A stretch of DNA of 64,000 nt from Candidatus Niyogibacteria bacterium (lineage in GTDB: Bacteria; Patescibacteriota; Minisyncoccia; HO2-45-28). Made by a program: the position numbers and the translations under genes. Shown in pieces: positions 9,557 through 19,491 of this stretch; positions within the stretch are counted from its first letter, which is position 1, and each line of letters starts with the position of its first letter. Under the pieces are notes generated by a model. That model did not search any database, had not been told where the DNA came from, and saw nothing but the letters and a program-made list of their open reading frames with translations. The stretch spans positions 516,709 to 580,708 of the forward strand of contig CP066691.1 of assembly GCA_016432485.1 (NCBI GenBank). Reading direction: 5' to 3'.

Positions 9557-10609
9557 TTACTTTTCTATTTTAACATTCGCTATTCGCGCCATTGAATCCG
9601 GGAACACGATTCCGTCATCAATCGCCCGTTTTGTATAGAGCACCAGAATATTTTTCTCCTCAAAATCAATCGGGATATCCGAGGGCTTTGCGCCGCCGAA
9701 TATTTTATCGGCTATCCTGGATGCCTGCTCGCCCGAAGCGGTAAGATCTCCGGCGTAACCGAAATGACCTCCGGTTGGCAAGTCCTCCAAAGGAGCCACC
9801 ATCGGAATTCTTAATCTGGAGGCCAGTTCGGTTTCCGCGGTCTCCTGCGCCTCAAAAAAATGACCGGCTATATGATATATGGCGTCAATATCTCCGGCTT
9901 TAATTTTGCTGGCAGTTTGATACCAGGCAGATTCAGCTCCCGGAGGAGCGGCGGTTGTTTTATATTCCACGATATCAAAGCCCTGTTTTTTGCCCTGGTT
10001 TTTTACTTCCTCCAAAAACTTATCTCCAACGTCCGGAACCACAAAACCGCTCCCGAAAACGCCGATTTTTTTAATGGCCGGATTTATCGCTCTTAAAAAT
10101 TCCAGATGTTTTTGCACTACCTCAACCAAATTTATTGAAATTCCGGTCGCGTTATTGCCGGAAGATTTAAAAGATTTTATAACGCCGTACGCCACCGGGT
10201 CATGGAATCTGGATGAAAATACTATCGGGATATCGCTTCCGGTCTCTTTCTCTATTTCCAATGCCGCCAGGGCTATATTTTCTTGAGTCGCGAATATCAA
10301 ATCCACTTTGCCTTGAATCAATTCTCTGGCGGAGTTTTCTATGTCAAGCGGCAAAGTCGGAGAAGAAGTAAAAACCCCTTTGTCCTCAAAAGAAACTTCC
10401 GCGTATCCCATATTCTTAAAACCCTCTTTAAAACCCTGAACGGCTTCTATGTGCTGTCTTGGAAAAATTATCCCTATTCTTTTCGGTTCTTTTAAGTGGG
10501 ACCTATCGGGGGCAAAAAATGGAAAGCCCCTTAATATCTGATAAAGGCCGAAGGCCACCGCCGCGACGATAATCGCCAGAATCAGGATGTTTAATGGTTT
10601 TTTAAACAT
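9557..10609 (-). CDS. ABC-transporter-type substrate-binding protein (ABC_sub_bind family), paralog 2
   Basis: Same architecture and motifs as 8504-9553; the two genes form a tandem pair. Confidence 0.6.
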   Translation of the reverse strand: MFKKPLNILILAIIVAAVAFGLYQILRGFPFFAPDRSHLKEPKRIGIIFPRQHIEAVQGFKEGFKNMGYAEVSFEDKGVFTSSPTLPLDIENSARELIQGKVDLIFATQENIALAALEIEKETGSDIPIVFSSRFHDPVAYGVIKSFKSSGNNATGISINLVEVVQKHLEFLRAINPAIKKIGVFGSGFVVPDVGDKFLEEVKNQGKKQGFDIVEYKTTAAPPGAESAWYQTASKIKAGDIDAIYHIAGHFFEAQETAETELASRLRIPMVAPLEDLPTGGHFGYAGDLTASGEQASRIADKIFGGAKPSDIPIDFEEKNILVLYTKRAIDDGIVFPDSMARIANVKIEK

Positions 10610-10685
10610 AATTTTTTATTGAGATTTTAATAATAAATTAAGGACTCTGCTCTATATTTCATTTTATAACGCGGAGTCCTAAATA

Positions 10686-11939
10686 TCAAAAGTGTGGCTC
10701 TGGTTTTTTTAACCGCAATGCCTCGCGCGCGATTTCGCGGTCATCCCAAGGAATTTTTTGTCCATTTGGACCCATCATCCAGGGTTCGGCGCCCTTGCCG
10801 GTGATGATGACAACATTTCCCTCTTTCGCGTCCGAAATCACCCTTTCAATCGCCTCGCGTCTATCCAAAATTTTTCGGATTTCGGATTTCGGATTTCGGA
10901 TTTGAGAAAACCCAGCCGCAATTTCTTCCAGAATTGCGGCTGGGTTTTCGTCGTAGGGATCCTCATTCGTCAAAATTATTTCATCGCAAAATTCCGCGGC
11001 GATCTTGCCCATTTCCGGCCTCTTCCATTTATCTCTTCCTCCGCCGGCAGAGCCCAAAACGCAAATCAGCTTGTAGCTTGTAGCTTGTAGTTTGTAGTTT
11101 TTTACGGCTTCGTAAACTTTACGGAGCGCGTCTGGGGTGTGAGCGTAGTCCACAATAACCGCGAACGGCTCATGCTGGATGAATTCCATCCGGCCGGGCA
11201 CACCTTCAATTTTTTCGGCCGCGCGTTTAATAACTTCCGCCGGAATACCGAGGACTTCGGCTGTTTTTACGGCGGCTGCCAAATTGTAAAGATTGAATTC
11301 TCCCAAAAGTTTTTCGTTTTTCGGAGCGTCATTTTTTGAATAAGTTATTTTTTTATCGGCGTCGTATTTCAAAAAATGTTCGGCCGAGGGGTCATCTATG
11401 TTTACAATTATTGTTTTTGGCGTATCGGGTTTACGGAATGTTTTTGAAAGCCCGGCAAAAACTTTTTCTTTTGCCGCGCGGTATTTTTCAAATGAACCAT
11501 GGGATTCAATATGTTCGGGCGTGATATTGGTCAAAACCAAAATATCCCAATCAATGTTTTTATGCCGAAATTGCTTTACGCCTTCCGAGGTAATTTCCAA
11601 AACGGCGTGGGTCGCGGCGCTATTAAGCGCGCGACGCAGAAATTTTTGAAGAAAAAACTTTCCGGGCATAGTCATTTTCAGCATATTTTTCTCCATTTCA
11701 TCGCCGATACGGAAATACAGCGACGAGACCGAGGCCGCTTTAATATCCGCTTCCCTCAAAATCTGAAAAATAAATTCAACCGCGCTGGTTTTGCCGTTGG
11801 TGCCGGTAACGCCGATAACTACCATTTTCCGCGACGGCCGGCCGTAAAAAATAACGGCTAAAGCCGAAAACAGCCGGTGATAAAACGGCTGTAAAAAATT
11901 AAAAATCGGCGCGGGAATAATTTTTTTAAAAAATTTCAT
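10686..11939 (-). CDS. Mur ligase family protein, MurE-like (short N-terminus)
   Basis: P-loop VIGVTGTNGKTS, DYAHTPDAL, and GSAGGGRDKWKRPEMG matching the MurE central and C-terminal domains. It contains two in-frame heptamer-repeat insertions. Confidence 0.7.
   Translation of the reverse strand: MKFFKKIIPAPIFNFLQPFYHRLFSALAVIFYGRPSRKMVVIGVTGTNGKTSAVEFIFQILREADIKAASVSSLYFRIGDEMEKNMLKMTMPGKFFLQKFLRRALNSAATHAVLEITSEGVKQFRHKNIDWDILVLTNITPEHIESHGSFEKYRAAKEKVFAGLSKTFRKPDTPKTIIVNIDDPSAEHFLKYDADKKITYSKNDAPKNEKLLGEFNLYNLAAAVKTAEVLGIPAEVIKRAAEKIEGVPGRMEFIQHEPFAVIVDYAHTPDALRKVYEAVKNYKLQATSYKLICVLGSAGGGRDKWKRPEMGKIAAEFCDEIILTNEDPYDENPAAILEEIAAGFSQIRNPKSEIRKILDRREAIERVISDAKEGNVVIITGKGAEPWMMGPNGQKIPWDDREIAREALRLKKPEPHF
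10876..10903. repeat. heptanucleotide tandem repeat (CGGATTT)x4 inside murE
   Basis: Four exact tandem copies encoding SQIRNPKSEIRKI in the murE frame. Confidence 0.9.
11068..11100. repeat. heptanucleotide tandem repeat (AGCTTGT)x3 plus degenerate copies inside murE
   Basis: AGCTTGTAGCTTGTAGCTTGTAGTTTGTAGTTT, encoding KLQATSYKL. The stretch sits between the conserved DYAHTPDAL and GSAGGGRD blocks. Confidence 0.9.
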
Positions 11940-12514
11940 TATTTCCCCCTCCCCAAAATATTAAGCGCGGATTTGATACGGTCGGAAACGCCCTTAACTT
12001 CGGGCGGAACTTTGTTTAGTGCCTCTCGCGCCTCACGTAAAGAATATCCGAGCGAGCGCAAAGCATCTAATGCGTCTTCTTCGTGACGGAATTCGTCAGA
12101 CCCTTCAACCCCCTTGCCCATTTTTTCGCGAAGCTCAATTACTATTTTTTCAGCGGTTTTGCGGCCGATTCCCGAAACTTTGGTCAGGTAAGAAGTTTCG
12201 CCCGCGGCTATCGCCCGTTTCAAAGTATCAACCGGCGCGATGCCCAAAACGCCGAGAGCTGTTCTCGGCCCCACGCCAGGCACATTATTCAGTGTTTCAA
12301 AAAGTTCCATTTCGGCCAAAGTCATAAATCCGTAAAGTTCCATCGCGTCTTCTCTGATGTAAAGAGAAGTGAAAATCTTGATTTTACCTTCGTTTTGTGA
12401 TAATTTTTGAAGCGTTTCGGGTGCGACAAAAACTTTGTAGCCGATACCACCCGCTTCAAGAATGACATAACGCAAACCCTTAAAAGTTATTTTGCCTTCA
12501 AGCGATATAATCAT
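11939..12514 (-). CDS. ruvA: Holliday junction branch migration protein RuvA
   Basis: MIISLEGKI...GIGYKV N-terminal OB domain, HhH motifs (VPGVGPRTA, VSGIGRKTAEKI) and a C-terminal domain III. Confidence 0.9.
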   Translation of the reverse strand: MIISLEGKITFKGLRYVILEAGGIGYKVFVAPETLQKLSQNEGKIKIFTSLYIREDAMELYGFMTLAEMELFETLNNVPGVGPRTALGVLGIAPVDTLKRAIAAGETSYLTKVSGIGRKTAEKIVIELREKMGKGVEGSDEFRHEEDALDALRSLGYSLREAREALNKVPPEVKGVSDRIKSALNILGRGK

Positions 12515-12605
12515 ATGCCAAATTTATACGAACATAAGTGAGTAAATAAATTTGAGCATCCGCCGAAGCTTTATGCGAAGGCGGATATACACATATTATA
12601 CAATT

Positions 12606-14624
12606 ATGGACTTTAAATTACATTCTCCATATAAACCAGCCGGCGACCAACCGCAAGCCATAGAAAAATTGAACGCGGGGATAAACGCCGGAAAAAAATT
12701 CCAGACCCTTATGGGGGTTACCGGCTCCGGCAAAACTTTTACTATGGCGAGCATTATCGCGCGCTTAAATCGGCCGACGCTCGTGATTTCTCACAATAAA
12801 ACCCTGGCGGCGCAACTCTATCAGGAATTCAAAGAATTTTTTCCGGAAAACGCGGTTCATTATTTCGTCTCTTATTACGATTATTACCAGCCGGAGGCCT
12901 ATTTGCCGGCCACCGACACATACATAGAAAAAGACGCCAAAATAAACGATTTCATTGACCGTCTTCGCCACGCCTCAACCGAATCGGCGCTAACTCGGCG
13001 CGACTTCATCATAGTCGCTTCGGTTTCCTGCATTTACGGAATCGGCGACCCCGAAGAATACGCTAAAATCGCGCTGGAACTGAAAATCGGGAGAGTATTT
13101 AAACGGGGGGATTTTTTAAAACGCATGGCTGATATGCAATATGCCAGAAACGACATAGATAAAATACACGGGACTTTTTCGGTCAAGGGTGATGCGGTTG
13201 AAATCGTATCTCCCGATGGAGAGACAATAATACGCGTTGATTTTTTCGGCGACAAAATAGAATCGCTTTCCGAGCGCAAAAACTCTCCATTGTCTAATTC
13301 GCGCGAATTAGACAATAGAAAAATCTTCCCAGCCAAGCATTTCATCACGGAAAAAGAAAAGCTGGGTGTCGCGATAAAAAACATAAAAATCGAACTTGAC
13401 GAACGATTGGAGGAGCTCGGAAAAGCCGGCAAAATACTTGAGGCCGAACGGCTGCGTCAGCGCGTCAACTTTGATATGGAGATGCTGGAACAAACCGGCT
13501 ATGTTTCCGGCATTGAAAATTACTCGCGCCAGCTCTCTTTTCGTAAAGCCGGCTTGCCGCCTCAAACGCTTCTGGATTACCTGCCCAAAGACGCGCTTAT
13601 TTTTATTGACGAATCGCACATGTCCATGCCGCAAATACGCGGGATGTTTGAGGGAGATAAAGCAAGAAAACGGGTGCTCGTGGATTACGGATTTCGTTTG
13701 CCTTCCGCCTTAGACAACAGGCCGCTTAAATTCAATGAATTTGAAGAAAAAATCGGGCAAACCGTTTTTATCTCGGCGACCCCAGCCGATTTTGAAATAA
13801 AAAAATCCGGAGGGGAAATTGTGGAACAACTTATTCGGCCGACGGGACTTTTGGAGCCAAAAATAGAAATACGCCCCGCCTCCGCTTCCGCCTTCGCTAA
13901 AGCTTCGGCGGACAAGAAAGCTACGGCGGGCAAGCCCGCAAAGGGCCAGATAAAAGACGCCGAAGAAGAAATCGCAAAAGCGGCAAAAAATAACGAACGG
14001 GTTTTATTGGTTACGCTGACCAAACGGCTCGCGGAAGAAATAGCGGATTATTTGAGGGAAAAAAATATAAAAGTTGAATACCTTCATTCGGAGATCAAAA
14101 CAATAGAGCGTTCAAAAACATTGCAAAATTTACGCAAGGGCGATTTTGATGTGCTGGTCGGAATAAATCTTCTGCGCGAGGGGCTTGATTTGCCCGAAGT
14201 CGGACTTGTCGCGATATTGGATGCCGATAAAGAAGGTTTTTTAAGAAATTTTACTTCGCTGACGCAAACAATCGGACGCGCGGCGCGTCATCCTAACGGA
14301 AGAGCGATACTTTACGCAGACACATTAACCCTCTCAATTGAACGAACCATCAAAGAAACGGAGCGCCGAAGAAAAATCCAAGAGGACTATAATCGCATCC
14401 ATAAAATCACGCCTCAAGCGATTAAAAAAGAAATAAGGCCTCCGTTTTGGCTGGAAGAAAAAAGCCAAAAAGACGAATTGGCCGAAACCCTAAAACAACT
14501 GCAAAAAGAATTCCGCGACCCGGCGCGCGTAAAAGCCGAGCTTGAACGCCAAATGCTGGAAGCCGCCTCCGAACTTCGTTTTGAAGAAGCGGCTAAATTA
14601 AGAGACCTCTTGAAAATAATTTAA
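12606..14624 (+). CDS. uvrB: excinuclease ABC subunit B
   Basis: [17 protein letters not shown] start, Walker A GVTGSGKT, helicase motifs and a C-terminal UvrB/UvrC interaction region. Start chosen at the internal Met matching the canonical UvrB N-terminus. Confidence 0.93.
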   Translation: MDFKLHSPYKPAGDQPQAIEKLNAGINAGKKFQTLMGVTGSGKTFTMASIIARLNRPTLVISHNKTLAAQLYQEFKEFFPENAVHYFVSYYDYYQPEAYLPATDTYIEKDAKINDFIDRLRHASTESALTRRDFIIVASVSCIYGIGDPEEYAKIALELKIGRVFKRGDFLKRMADMQYARNDIDKIHGTFSVKGDAVEIVSPDGETIIRVDFFGDKIESLSERKNSPLSNSRELDNRKIFPAKHFITEKEKLGVAIKNIKIELDERLEELGKAGKILEAERLRQRVNFDMEMLEQTGYVSGIENYSRQLSFRKAGLPPQTLLDYLPKDALIFIDESHMSMPQIRGMFEGDKARKRVLVDYGFRLPSALDNRPLKFNEFEEKIGQTVFISATPADFEIKKSGGEIVEQLIRPTGLLEPKIEIRPASASAFAKASADKKATAGKPAKGQIKDAEEEIAKAAKNNERVLLVTLTKRLAEEIADYLREKNIKVEYLHSEIKTIERSKTLQNLRKGDFDVLVGINLLREGLDLPEVGLVAILDADKEGFLRNFTSLTQTIGRAARHPNGRAILYADTLTLSIERTIKETERRRKIQEDYNRIHKITPQAIKKEIRPPFWLEEKSQKDELAETLKQLQKEFRDPARVKAELERQMLEAASELRFEEAAKLRDLLKII

Positions 14625-14644
14625 GAAGGGCTTATTATCTTTGT

Positions 14645-14914
14645 ATGCCAATAATCAAATCAGCCAAAAAAGCAATAAGGCAGACGGAAAGGCGGAGGCG
14701 CAGAAACATCGCCCGCAAAGACGCCGTAAGCGAAACCGTAAGAAATATCAAAAAACTTGTGGCCGATGGGAAAACGAAAGAGGCCTTAGCACTCTTGCCT
14801 CTGGCCTATAAAGCTCTGGATAAAGCGGCCAAAACAAATGTTATTCACAAAAACGCCGCCAGCCGCAAAAAATCACGCCTGACAAAATTCATAAAAAAAT
14901 CAGGCAAGCTCTAA
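14645..14914 (+). CDS. rpsT: 30S ribosomal protein S20
   Basis: MPIIKSAKKAIRQ... is the canonical S20 N-terminus; 89 aa, basic. Confidence 0.9.
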   Translation: MPIIKSAKKAIRQTERRRRRNIARKDAVSETVRNIKKLVADGKTKEALALLPLAYKALDKAAKTNVIHKNAASRKKSRLTKFIKKSGKL

Positions 14915-15790
14915 AATCAGGCGCTCAAGGCCGGATTCCAGATCCGCGCTTCCTTCTCTTGAGTCCCGCCAAAGGGCGAATAGTTCGTCCCAGATTTTGA
15001 CAAGCTCTTCTTTTGAAAATCGCGAAAGGGCGGATAAACTTTTCTGTATGACAAACGGATGCAAACCTGTGCTCGACTTAATTTGAAAATTATTAAGGCC
15101 TTTTTGCTTTTCGGCCGAAACAGCAAGTAAGGTTTTAATCTGCCACCATAGTTTCCAGAACATTTCTTCGGCCGAAACTCCGCTTGCCAAATCAGCATAA
15201 AAATATTTATAGGCCTCGCGCCTTTTTTTAAGAGTAAACAAGTCCGTCAGACCAAAGGGGTTGTATAAAAATTTACGGACATCAATTTCTCCCCCCAAAC
15301 TTTTAAGCTCAAGGACTTGTGAAATGGTCCAAAGATTTGACTCAAAATCAGAACTTAAAAAACCGATTTCCTGTTCTGACAGAGCCAGCTCCCTGACTTT
15401 TGCCTCATTTATTATCCAGGCCTTTGTTTTGTCGGCCGAAAGCTTGTCCAATTTCAGCGTTTTTTGGGCGAATTTTGATATTTTTTTTACGAGTTTGCTG
15501 TCCGGTTTATTTTCCAAAATAATATAAACATTTTTGGACTCATGCATTTCTTTCGCGCGCTTCGTCAAAAAATCGGCGTGAACTTCCAAAAGCCCGTCAA
15601 AAACGGCGGCTGATTTTCGGCCAAAAAGATTTTGTCCGGCAATCAAGTCGGCTATTTTTTCTTCGTTTGAATTTTCCGGAGTAAGTCGGTGAATCTCCGC
15701 TCCCGGATCGCGGAAAACAAGATTCGCGGTTATTTCACGGACATTTTTTCTAGCCCTATATGAATCCTCTCCGTAAATTAAATACAGCAT
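14900..15790 (-). CDS. holA: DNA polymerase III subunit delta
   Basis: N-terminal LYLIYGEDSY, 296 aa, with a HolA-like domain pattern. Confidence 0.6.
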   Translation of the reverse strand: MLYLIYGEDSYRARKNVREITANLVFRDPGAEIHRLTPENSNEEKIADLIAGQNLFGRKSAAVFDGLLEVHADFLTKRAKEMHESKNVYIILENKPDSKLVKKISKFAQKTLKLDKLSADKTKAWIINEAKVRELALSEQEIGFLSSDFESNLWTISQVLELKSLGGEIDVRKFLYNPFGLTDLFTLKKRREAYKYFYADLASGVSAEEMFWKLWWQIKTLLAVSAEKQKGLNNFQIKSSTGLHPFVIQKSLSALSRFSKEELVKIWDELFALWRDSREGSADLESGLERLILELA

Positions 15791-15801
15791 GCAACAAAAT
15801 T

Positions 15802-15830
15802 TCTAATTTCTAATTTCTAATTTTTCTAAA
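15802..15830. repeat. heptanucleotide tandem repeat (TCTAATT)x3 at the polA 3' end
   Basis: TCTAATTTCTAATTTCTAATTTTTCTAAATT; it encodes the polA C-terminal tail LEKLEIRN. Confidence 0.85.
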
Positions 15831-18154
15831 TTGGCCCAGTTGGGTCCCGCGCTTAGTTCAACCTTTATCGGGACATCCGATTCCAAAACGCCTTCCATAA
15901 TTTCTTTGATTTTTTTGCCCGCGGATTTTAAAATCTCTTCGTCAACTTCAAACAAAAGCTCGTCGTGAATCTGCAAAATCATATTCGCTTTTCCTTTAAA
16001 ATTTTTATCTTTGTTTAACAAATCGTGAATCTTAATCATTGATATTTTAATCATGTCCGCGGCAGTTCCCTGGATAGGCATATTGACGGCCATTCTTTCC
16101 GCCTCGCGCCTGATAAACTCCAAATGCGAATTGATTTCCGGCAAAAGCCGTCTGCGTCCGAAAAAAGTGGAAACAAAACCTTTCTCGCGCGCCTCCTCAA
16201 CGATTTTTTGGGTATAATTCCTGACGCCTTCAAAGTCGCTGAAATATTCATGGATATAAAGCCCGGCTTCTTCCTGACTGATGCCCAAATTTTCAGCTAG
16301 GGCCCGCTTCCCCATGCCGTAAAGTATACCGAAATTTATTATTTTGGCCCGTCTTCTCATTTCGGGCGTAACTTCATTTTCTTTGACATTAAAAATTTCG
16401 CCGGCGGTGGCCGCGTGAATATCCTTTCCGGCCAGAAAAGCGTCTTTAATTTTTTTATCATCCGAAAGAATGGCTGCGATCCTTAATTCTATCTGGGAGT
16501 AATCCGCCGCCAGAAGAACTTTTCCGGCCGGCGCGTAAAATGCCCCCCGCACCTCGCGGCCGAGCTCCGTTCTGGCGGGAATATTCTGAAGATTCGGATC
16601 GCGAGACGCCAAACGGCCGGTTACGGTGCCGGTCTGCAGAAAAGTCGTATGCAGTCGTTTGTCGGAGCCGACCAATTTAGGAAGCGCGTCCACATAAGTT
16701 GATTTTAATTTCGCCAGCTCCCTGTATTTTAGAATTTCATCAATTATGGGATTTGAACCCCTGAGTTTCAAAAGTTCGGAAAATCTGGTTGATTTTTCGC
16801 CTCCTCCGGTTTTTTTAATGCCCCTGGCCTCAAGCCCCAATTTTTCAAAAATGATCCGGCGCAATTCTTTGGTTGAATTTATGTTGAATTTTTCGCCCGC
16901 GATTTTATGTATGGCCTCCGTAAGACGCAGAAGTTCTTTATCATATTTTTTGGAAAGCTCTTTTAAAATTTTAATATCAAGCGCGATGCCGGTTTCGCGC
17001 ATTTCCCACAAAACACCTATCAAGGGCAGTTCAATATCCTGAAAAATCTTGAGAAGTCCGGCCTTTTCCATCTCAAGTTTAAGCGACACGTAGGCTTCGG
17101 ACGCGTCTTTGACGCCCATTGATTTAACTACTTCCTCGGCTGAAACATTCAGACGGCGCGAATCCAAAAGCCAAAAAGCCAATTCTATTTTTGACGCAAG
17201 TTCGGCGTTTATTTTGCCTCTCTCTGTTTCTTCTTCTTTCCCGCCCGTCGCCTGAGAAATGCGTTGGATCAAGCTGGCAAAACCGAGTTCCCGAAAAAGA
17301 TTTTCAATCTCTTTCGGTTTAAATCCTGACCAGCGGGCTTTATCCAGGTCAAATTTAATTTTCGCGTCTTTACGAATAGTCGCCAATGTCTTTGAAAACA
17401 GGGCTTCTTCTTCGTTTTCAGCCAAAAGTTTTATTATCCGGTCTTTGATTCCGGCGGATTTTAATTTTTCCGGTTTATTTTTGGCTAAATCCAAAATATT
17501 TTCAAGGGAGCCGAATTTTTGGATTAAATCCTTGGCCGTTTTTTCGCCGATGCCTTTAACTCCGGGGATATTATCCGACGGGTCGCCGACCAGACCTTTA
17601 TAGTCCGGAACAAATTCCGGGCCGAAGCCGTATCGTTTTTCCACTTCTTTCTGGTTGTAAATAAATTCCTCCTTGCCTTTTTTCAAAGTATAAACTCGAA
17701 CTTTATCCCCGCTGACCAGCTGCAGGGTGTCTAAATCGCCGGAGGCAATCACAATATTTAAATCTTTGGATTTTTTATTTTTTTCGGAAACAGTCCCGAT
17801 TATGTCATCCGCTTCGTATCCGGCTTCTTCATAAACCGGAATGTTGAAAGATTTTAAAATTTCCCGCGAACGATTAAATTGCGGAATCAGTTCATCGTCA
17901 ACTTTGGCTCTCGTGGCTTTGTATTTTTCGAAAGCCAAATGGCGAAAAGTCGGCTCAGCCATATCATAGGCCGCGGCGATATAGTCCGGTTTTAACTCGC
18001 GGATTATTTTTAAAAGCATTGTTGTAAATCCGTAAAGCGCTCCGGTCGGCTCGCCCTTAGGAGAAGTAAAGGGCGGCAAAGCGTGATAAGCCCGATGCAA
18101 AATCGCGTGAGCGTCAAGAATCACAAGCAGTTTTTTGGTTTGTTTTTTGGCCAT
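15803..18154 (-). CDS. polA: DNA polymerase I (5'-3' exonuclease plus polymerase domains)
   Basis: 5'-nuclease N-terminus and polymerase motifs RRRAKIINFGILYGMG and QIHDELLFE. The C-terminal tail is encoded by a heptamer repeat. Confidence 0.93.
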   Translation of the reverse strand: MAKKQTKKLLVILDAHAILHRAYHALPPFTSPKGEPTGALYGFTTMLLKIIRELKPDYIAAAYDMAEPTFRHLAFEKYKATRAKVDDELIPQFNRSREILKSFNIPVYEEAGYEADDIIGTVSEKNKKSKDLNIVIASGDLDTLQLVSGDKVRVYTLKKGKEEFIYNQKEVEKRYGFGPEFVPDYKGLVGDPSDNIPGVKGIGEKTAKDLIQKFGSLENILDLAKNKPEKLKSAGIKDRIIKLLAENEEEALFSKTLATIRKDAKIKFDLDKARWSGFKPKEIENLFRELGFASLIQRISQATGGKEEETERGKINAELASKIELAFWLLDSRRLNVSAEEVVKSMGVKDASEAYVSLKLEMEKAGLLKIFQDIELPLIGVLWEMRETGIALDIKILKELSKKYDKELLRLTEAIHKIAGEKFNINSTKELRRIIFEKLGLEARGIKKTGGGEKSTRFSELLKLRGSNPIIDEILKYRELAKLKSTYVDALPKLVGSDKRLHTTFLQTGTVTGRLASRDPNLQNIPARTELGREVRGAFYAPAGKVLLAADYSQIELRIAAILSDDKKIKDAFLAGKDIHAATAGEIFNVKENEVTPEMRRRAKIINFGILYGMGKRALAENLGISQEEAGLYIHEYFSDFEGVRNYTQKIVEEAREKGFVSTFFGRRRLLPEINSHLEFIRREAERMAVNMPIQGTAADMIKISMIKIHDLLNKDKNFKGKANMILQIHDELLFEVDEEILKSAGKKIKEIMEGVLESDVPIKVELSAGPNWANLEKLEIRN

Positions 18155-18279
18155 TTATTATTTAATTGTAAAGAAAAATAACCCTCTCTACGAGGGGCTT
18201 GACTTTTTAACGGTAAAATGCTACTTATACTGTAGGCGTAAATTACGCAACACACGAACATTCACAAAAGGAGAGAGGC

Positions 18280-18894
18280 GTGAACAACACACAGCTAAAC
18301 AGAACTCTGGATGATTTTATGGCCAAAAAAGTGAAATCAGACCAAGAAAATCTCCGCGTCGAGGAACTTGAAATAGCTTCCGAAGCAAGAAAACGGTGGA
18401 ATATTGAAACCTTTTCGGACGAAGAATTTCTGAACCTTATGATCAAAAAGAGCGTCTCTGTCAGAGATGTTAAATCTATGCTATTTACCGAAAGAAAACT
18501 AAACGCCAAGAACCGCCTTAACCGTGACGAGGAAAAACACTGGTCAAGAATTAATTTTTCAGCCGCCGAAAACGTAAGGAAAAAACTGGTACTCTCGTCC
18601 ATGTCCAAAGCAAATGCTGTCGAATCTTATAAAACATGGCTGCGAGGTTTTTTGGAAAGAGGCGGACGATTAACGAATTCTTACAATTATCCAATGCCAA
18701 GCGTGTTTTTTGTGGCAAAGGAAGATTTCGTAATGATTCCTTTGTATGGCTCGTCTTCCATTAATGTCATAGTCCCGGCCAACATTCATTTTTTGGGCGG
18801 CTCACTTGGACACTCCGGTCTTTTCTTAACGGATAAATTCGAGGTTGTCGGCGGAACCGGGCGGGTCCCGATTTATAGCGATATCAGATTCTAG
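18280..18894 (+). CDS. hypothetical protein (GTG start)
   Basis: Strong SD AAAGGAGAGAGG 5 nt upstream of GTG; 204 aa with no recognised family. Promoter-like TTGACT upstream and a terminator-like GC hairpin plus T-run downstream. Confidence 0.45.
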   Translation: MNNTQLNRTLDDFMAKKVKSDQENLRVEELEIASEARKRWNIETFSDEEFLNLMIKKSVSVRDVKSMLFTERKLNAKNRLNRDEEKHWSRINFSAAENVRKKLVLSSMSKANAVESYKTWLRGFLERGGRLTNSYNYPMPSVFFVAKEDFVMIPLYGSSSINVIVPANIHFLGGSLGHSGLFLTDKFEVVGGTGRVPIYSDIRF

Positions 18895-18953
18895 ATCTTA
18901 GCTCGTTCAATTTGCCCTGCGGCTTTTTCAAGCCCGCGGGGTTTTTGTTTTTT

Positions 18954-19409
18954 TTACTTATTGCCAAACTCTATTCTTCTTTTGTTTTCGGAAATATGTT
19001 GGAAATTTATATCAAAATGGTCTTTGGGCAAAATTTTCGCGATGTGACGCGCCCATTCCACGACAATTATATTTTTTGGATTTTTAACAAGCTCTTTCCA
19101 GCCGAGGACCAAAATGTCTTTCGGTCTTTTGAGGCGATAAGCGTCAATATGCGCGAACAGCTTGTAGCTTTTAGCTGGTAGCTTATAGATTCTCATTATT
19201 AAAAAAGTCGGGCTTTGGATTTTGGAACGAATGCCGAGGCCCCGAGCAAAACCCTGGACGAAAGTCGTTTTCCCGCTACCTAAATCGCCCGAAAGCGCCA
19301 AAATTAAAGCGTGTTTTTGAAGACAAACTTTAATCAATTCGCCGGCCAAAATTTTGGCTATCTTTTGAGTTTCTTTCGCCGAATTTGTTTTAAAAGAAAC
19401 GCTGCTCAT
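18954..19409 (-). CDS. tsaE: tRNA threonylcarbamoyladenosine biosynthesis protein TsaE
   Basis: P-loop LSGDLGSGKTTFVQG and a HIDAYRL motif. An in-frame degenerate heptamer repeat encodes YKLPAKSYKL. Confidence 0.85.
   Translation of the reverse strand: MSSVSFKTNSAKETQKIAKILAGELIKVCLQKHALILALSGDLGSGKTTFVQGFARGLGIRSKIQSPTFLIMRIYKLPAKSYKLFAHIDAYRLKRPKDILVLGWKELVKNPKNIIVVEWARHIAKILPKDHFDINFQHISENKRRIEFGNK
19159..19188. repeat. degenerate heptanucleotide tandem repeat (AGCTTNT)x4 inside tsaE
   Basis: AGCTTGTAGCTTTTAGCTGGTAGCTTATAG. It shares the 13-mer CAGCTTGTAGCTT with the murE repeat. Confidence 0.8.
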
Positions 19410-19440
19410 TAAACCAATTTTATCGAAAATTTAGGCAAAT

Positions 19441-19487
19441 ATAAAATATCCCGCCAAACAGAGCTTACGAGCTCTGTCTAGCGGGAC
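19441..19487 (-). terminator. intrinsic terminator of the lipoprotein gene
   Basis: Hairpin CCCGCC...CAGAGC-TTAC-GAGCTCTG...GCGGG followed on the minus strand by ATATTTTAT. Confidence 0.55.
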
Positions 19488-19491
19488 GTTT

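Noticed and set aside
12765-14023. Several 68-132-aa ORFs on both strands inside uvrB
   Set aside because: They are internal frames of a confidently identified long gene.
10876-15830. CRISPR array
   Set aside because: The repeats are 7-nt tandem units without spacers, located inside CDSs. There are no cas genes anywhere in the window.
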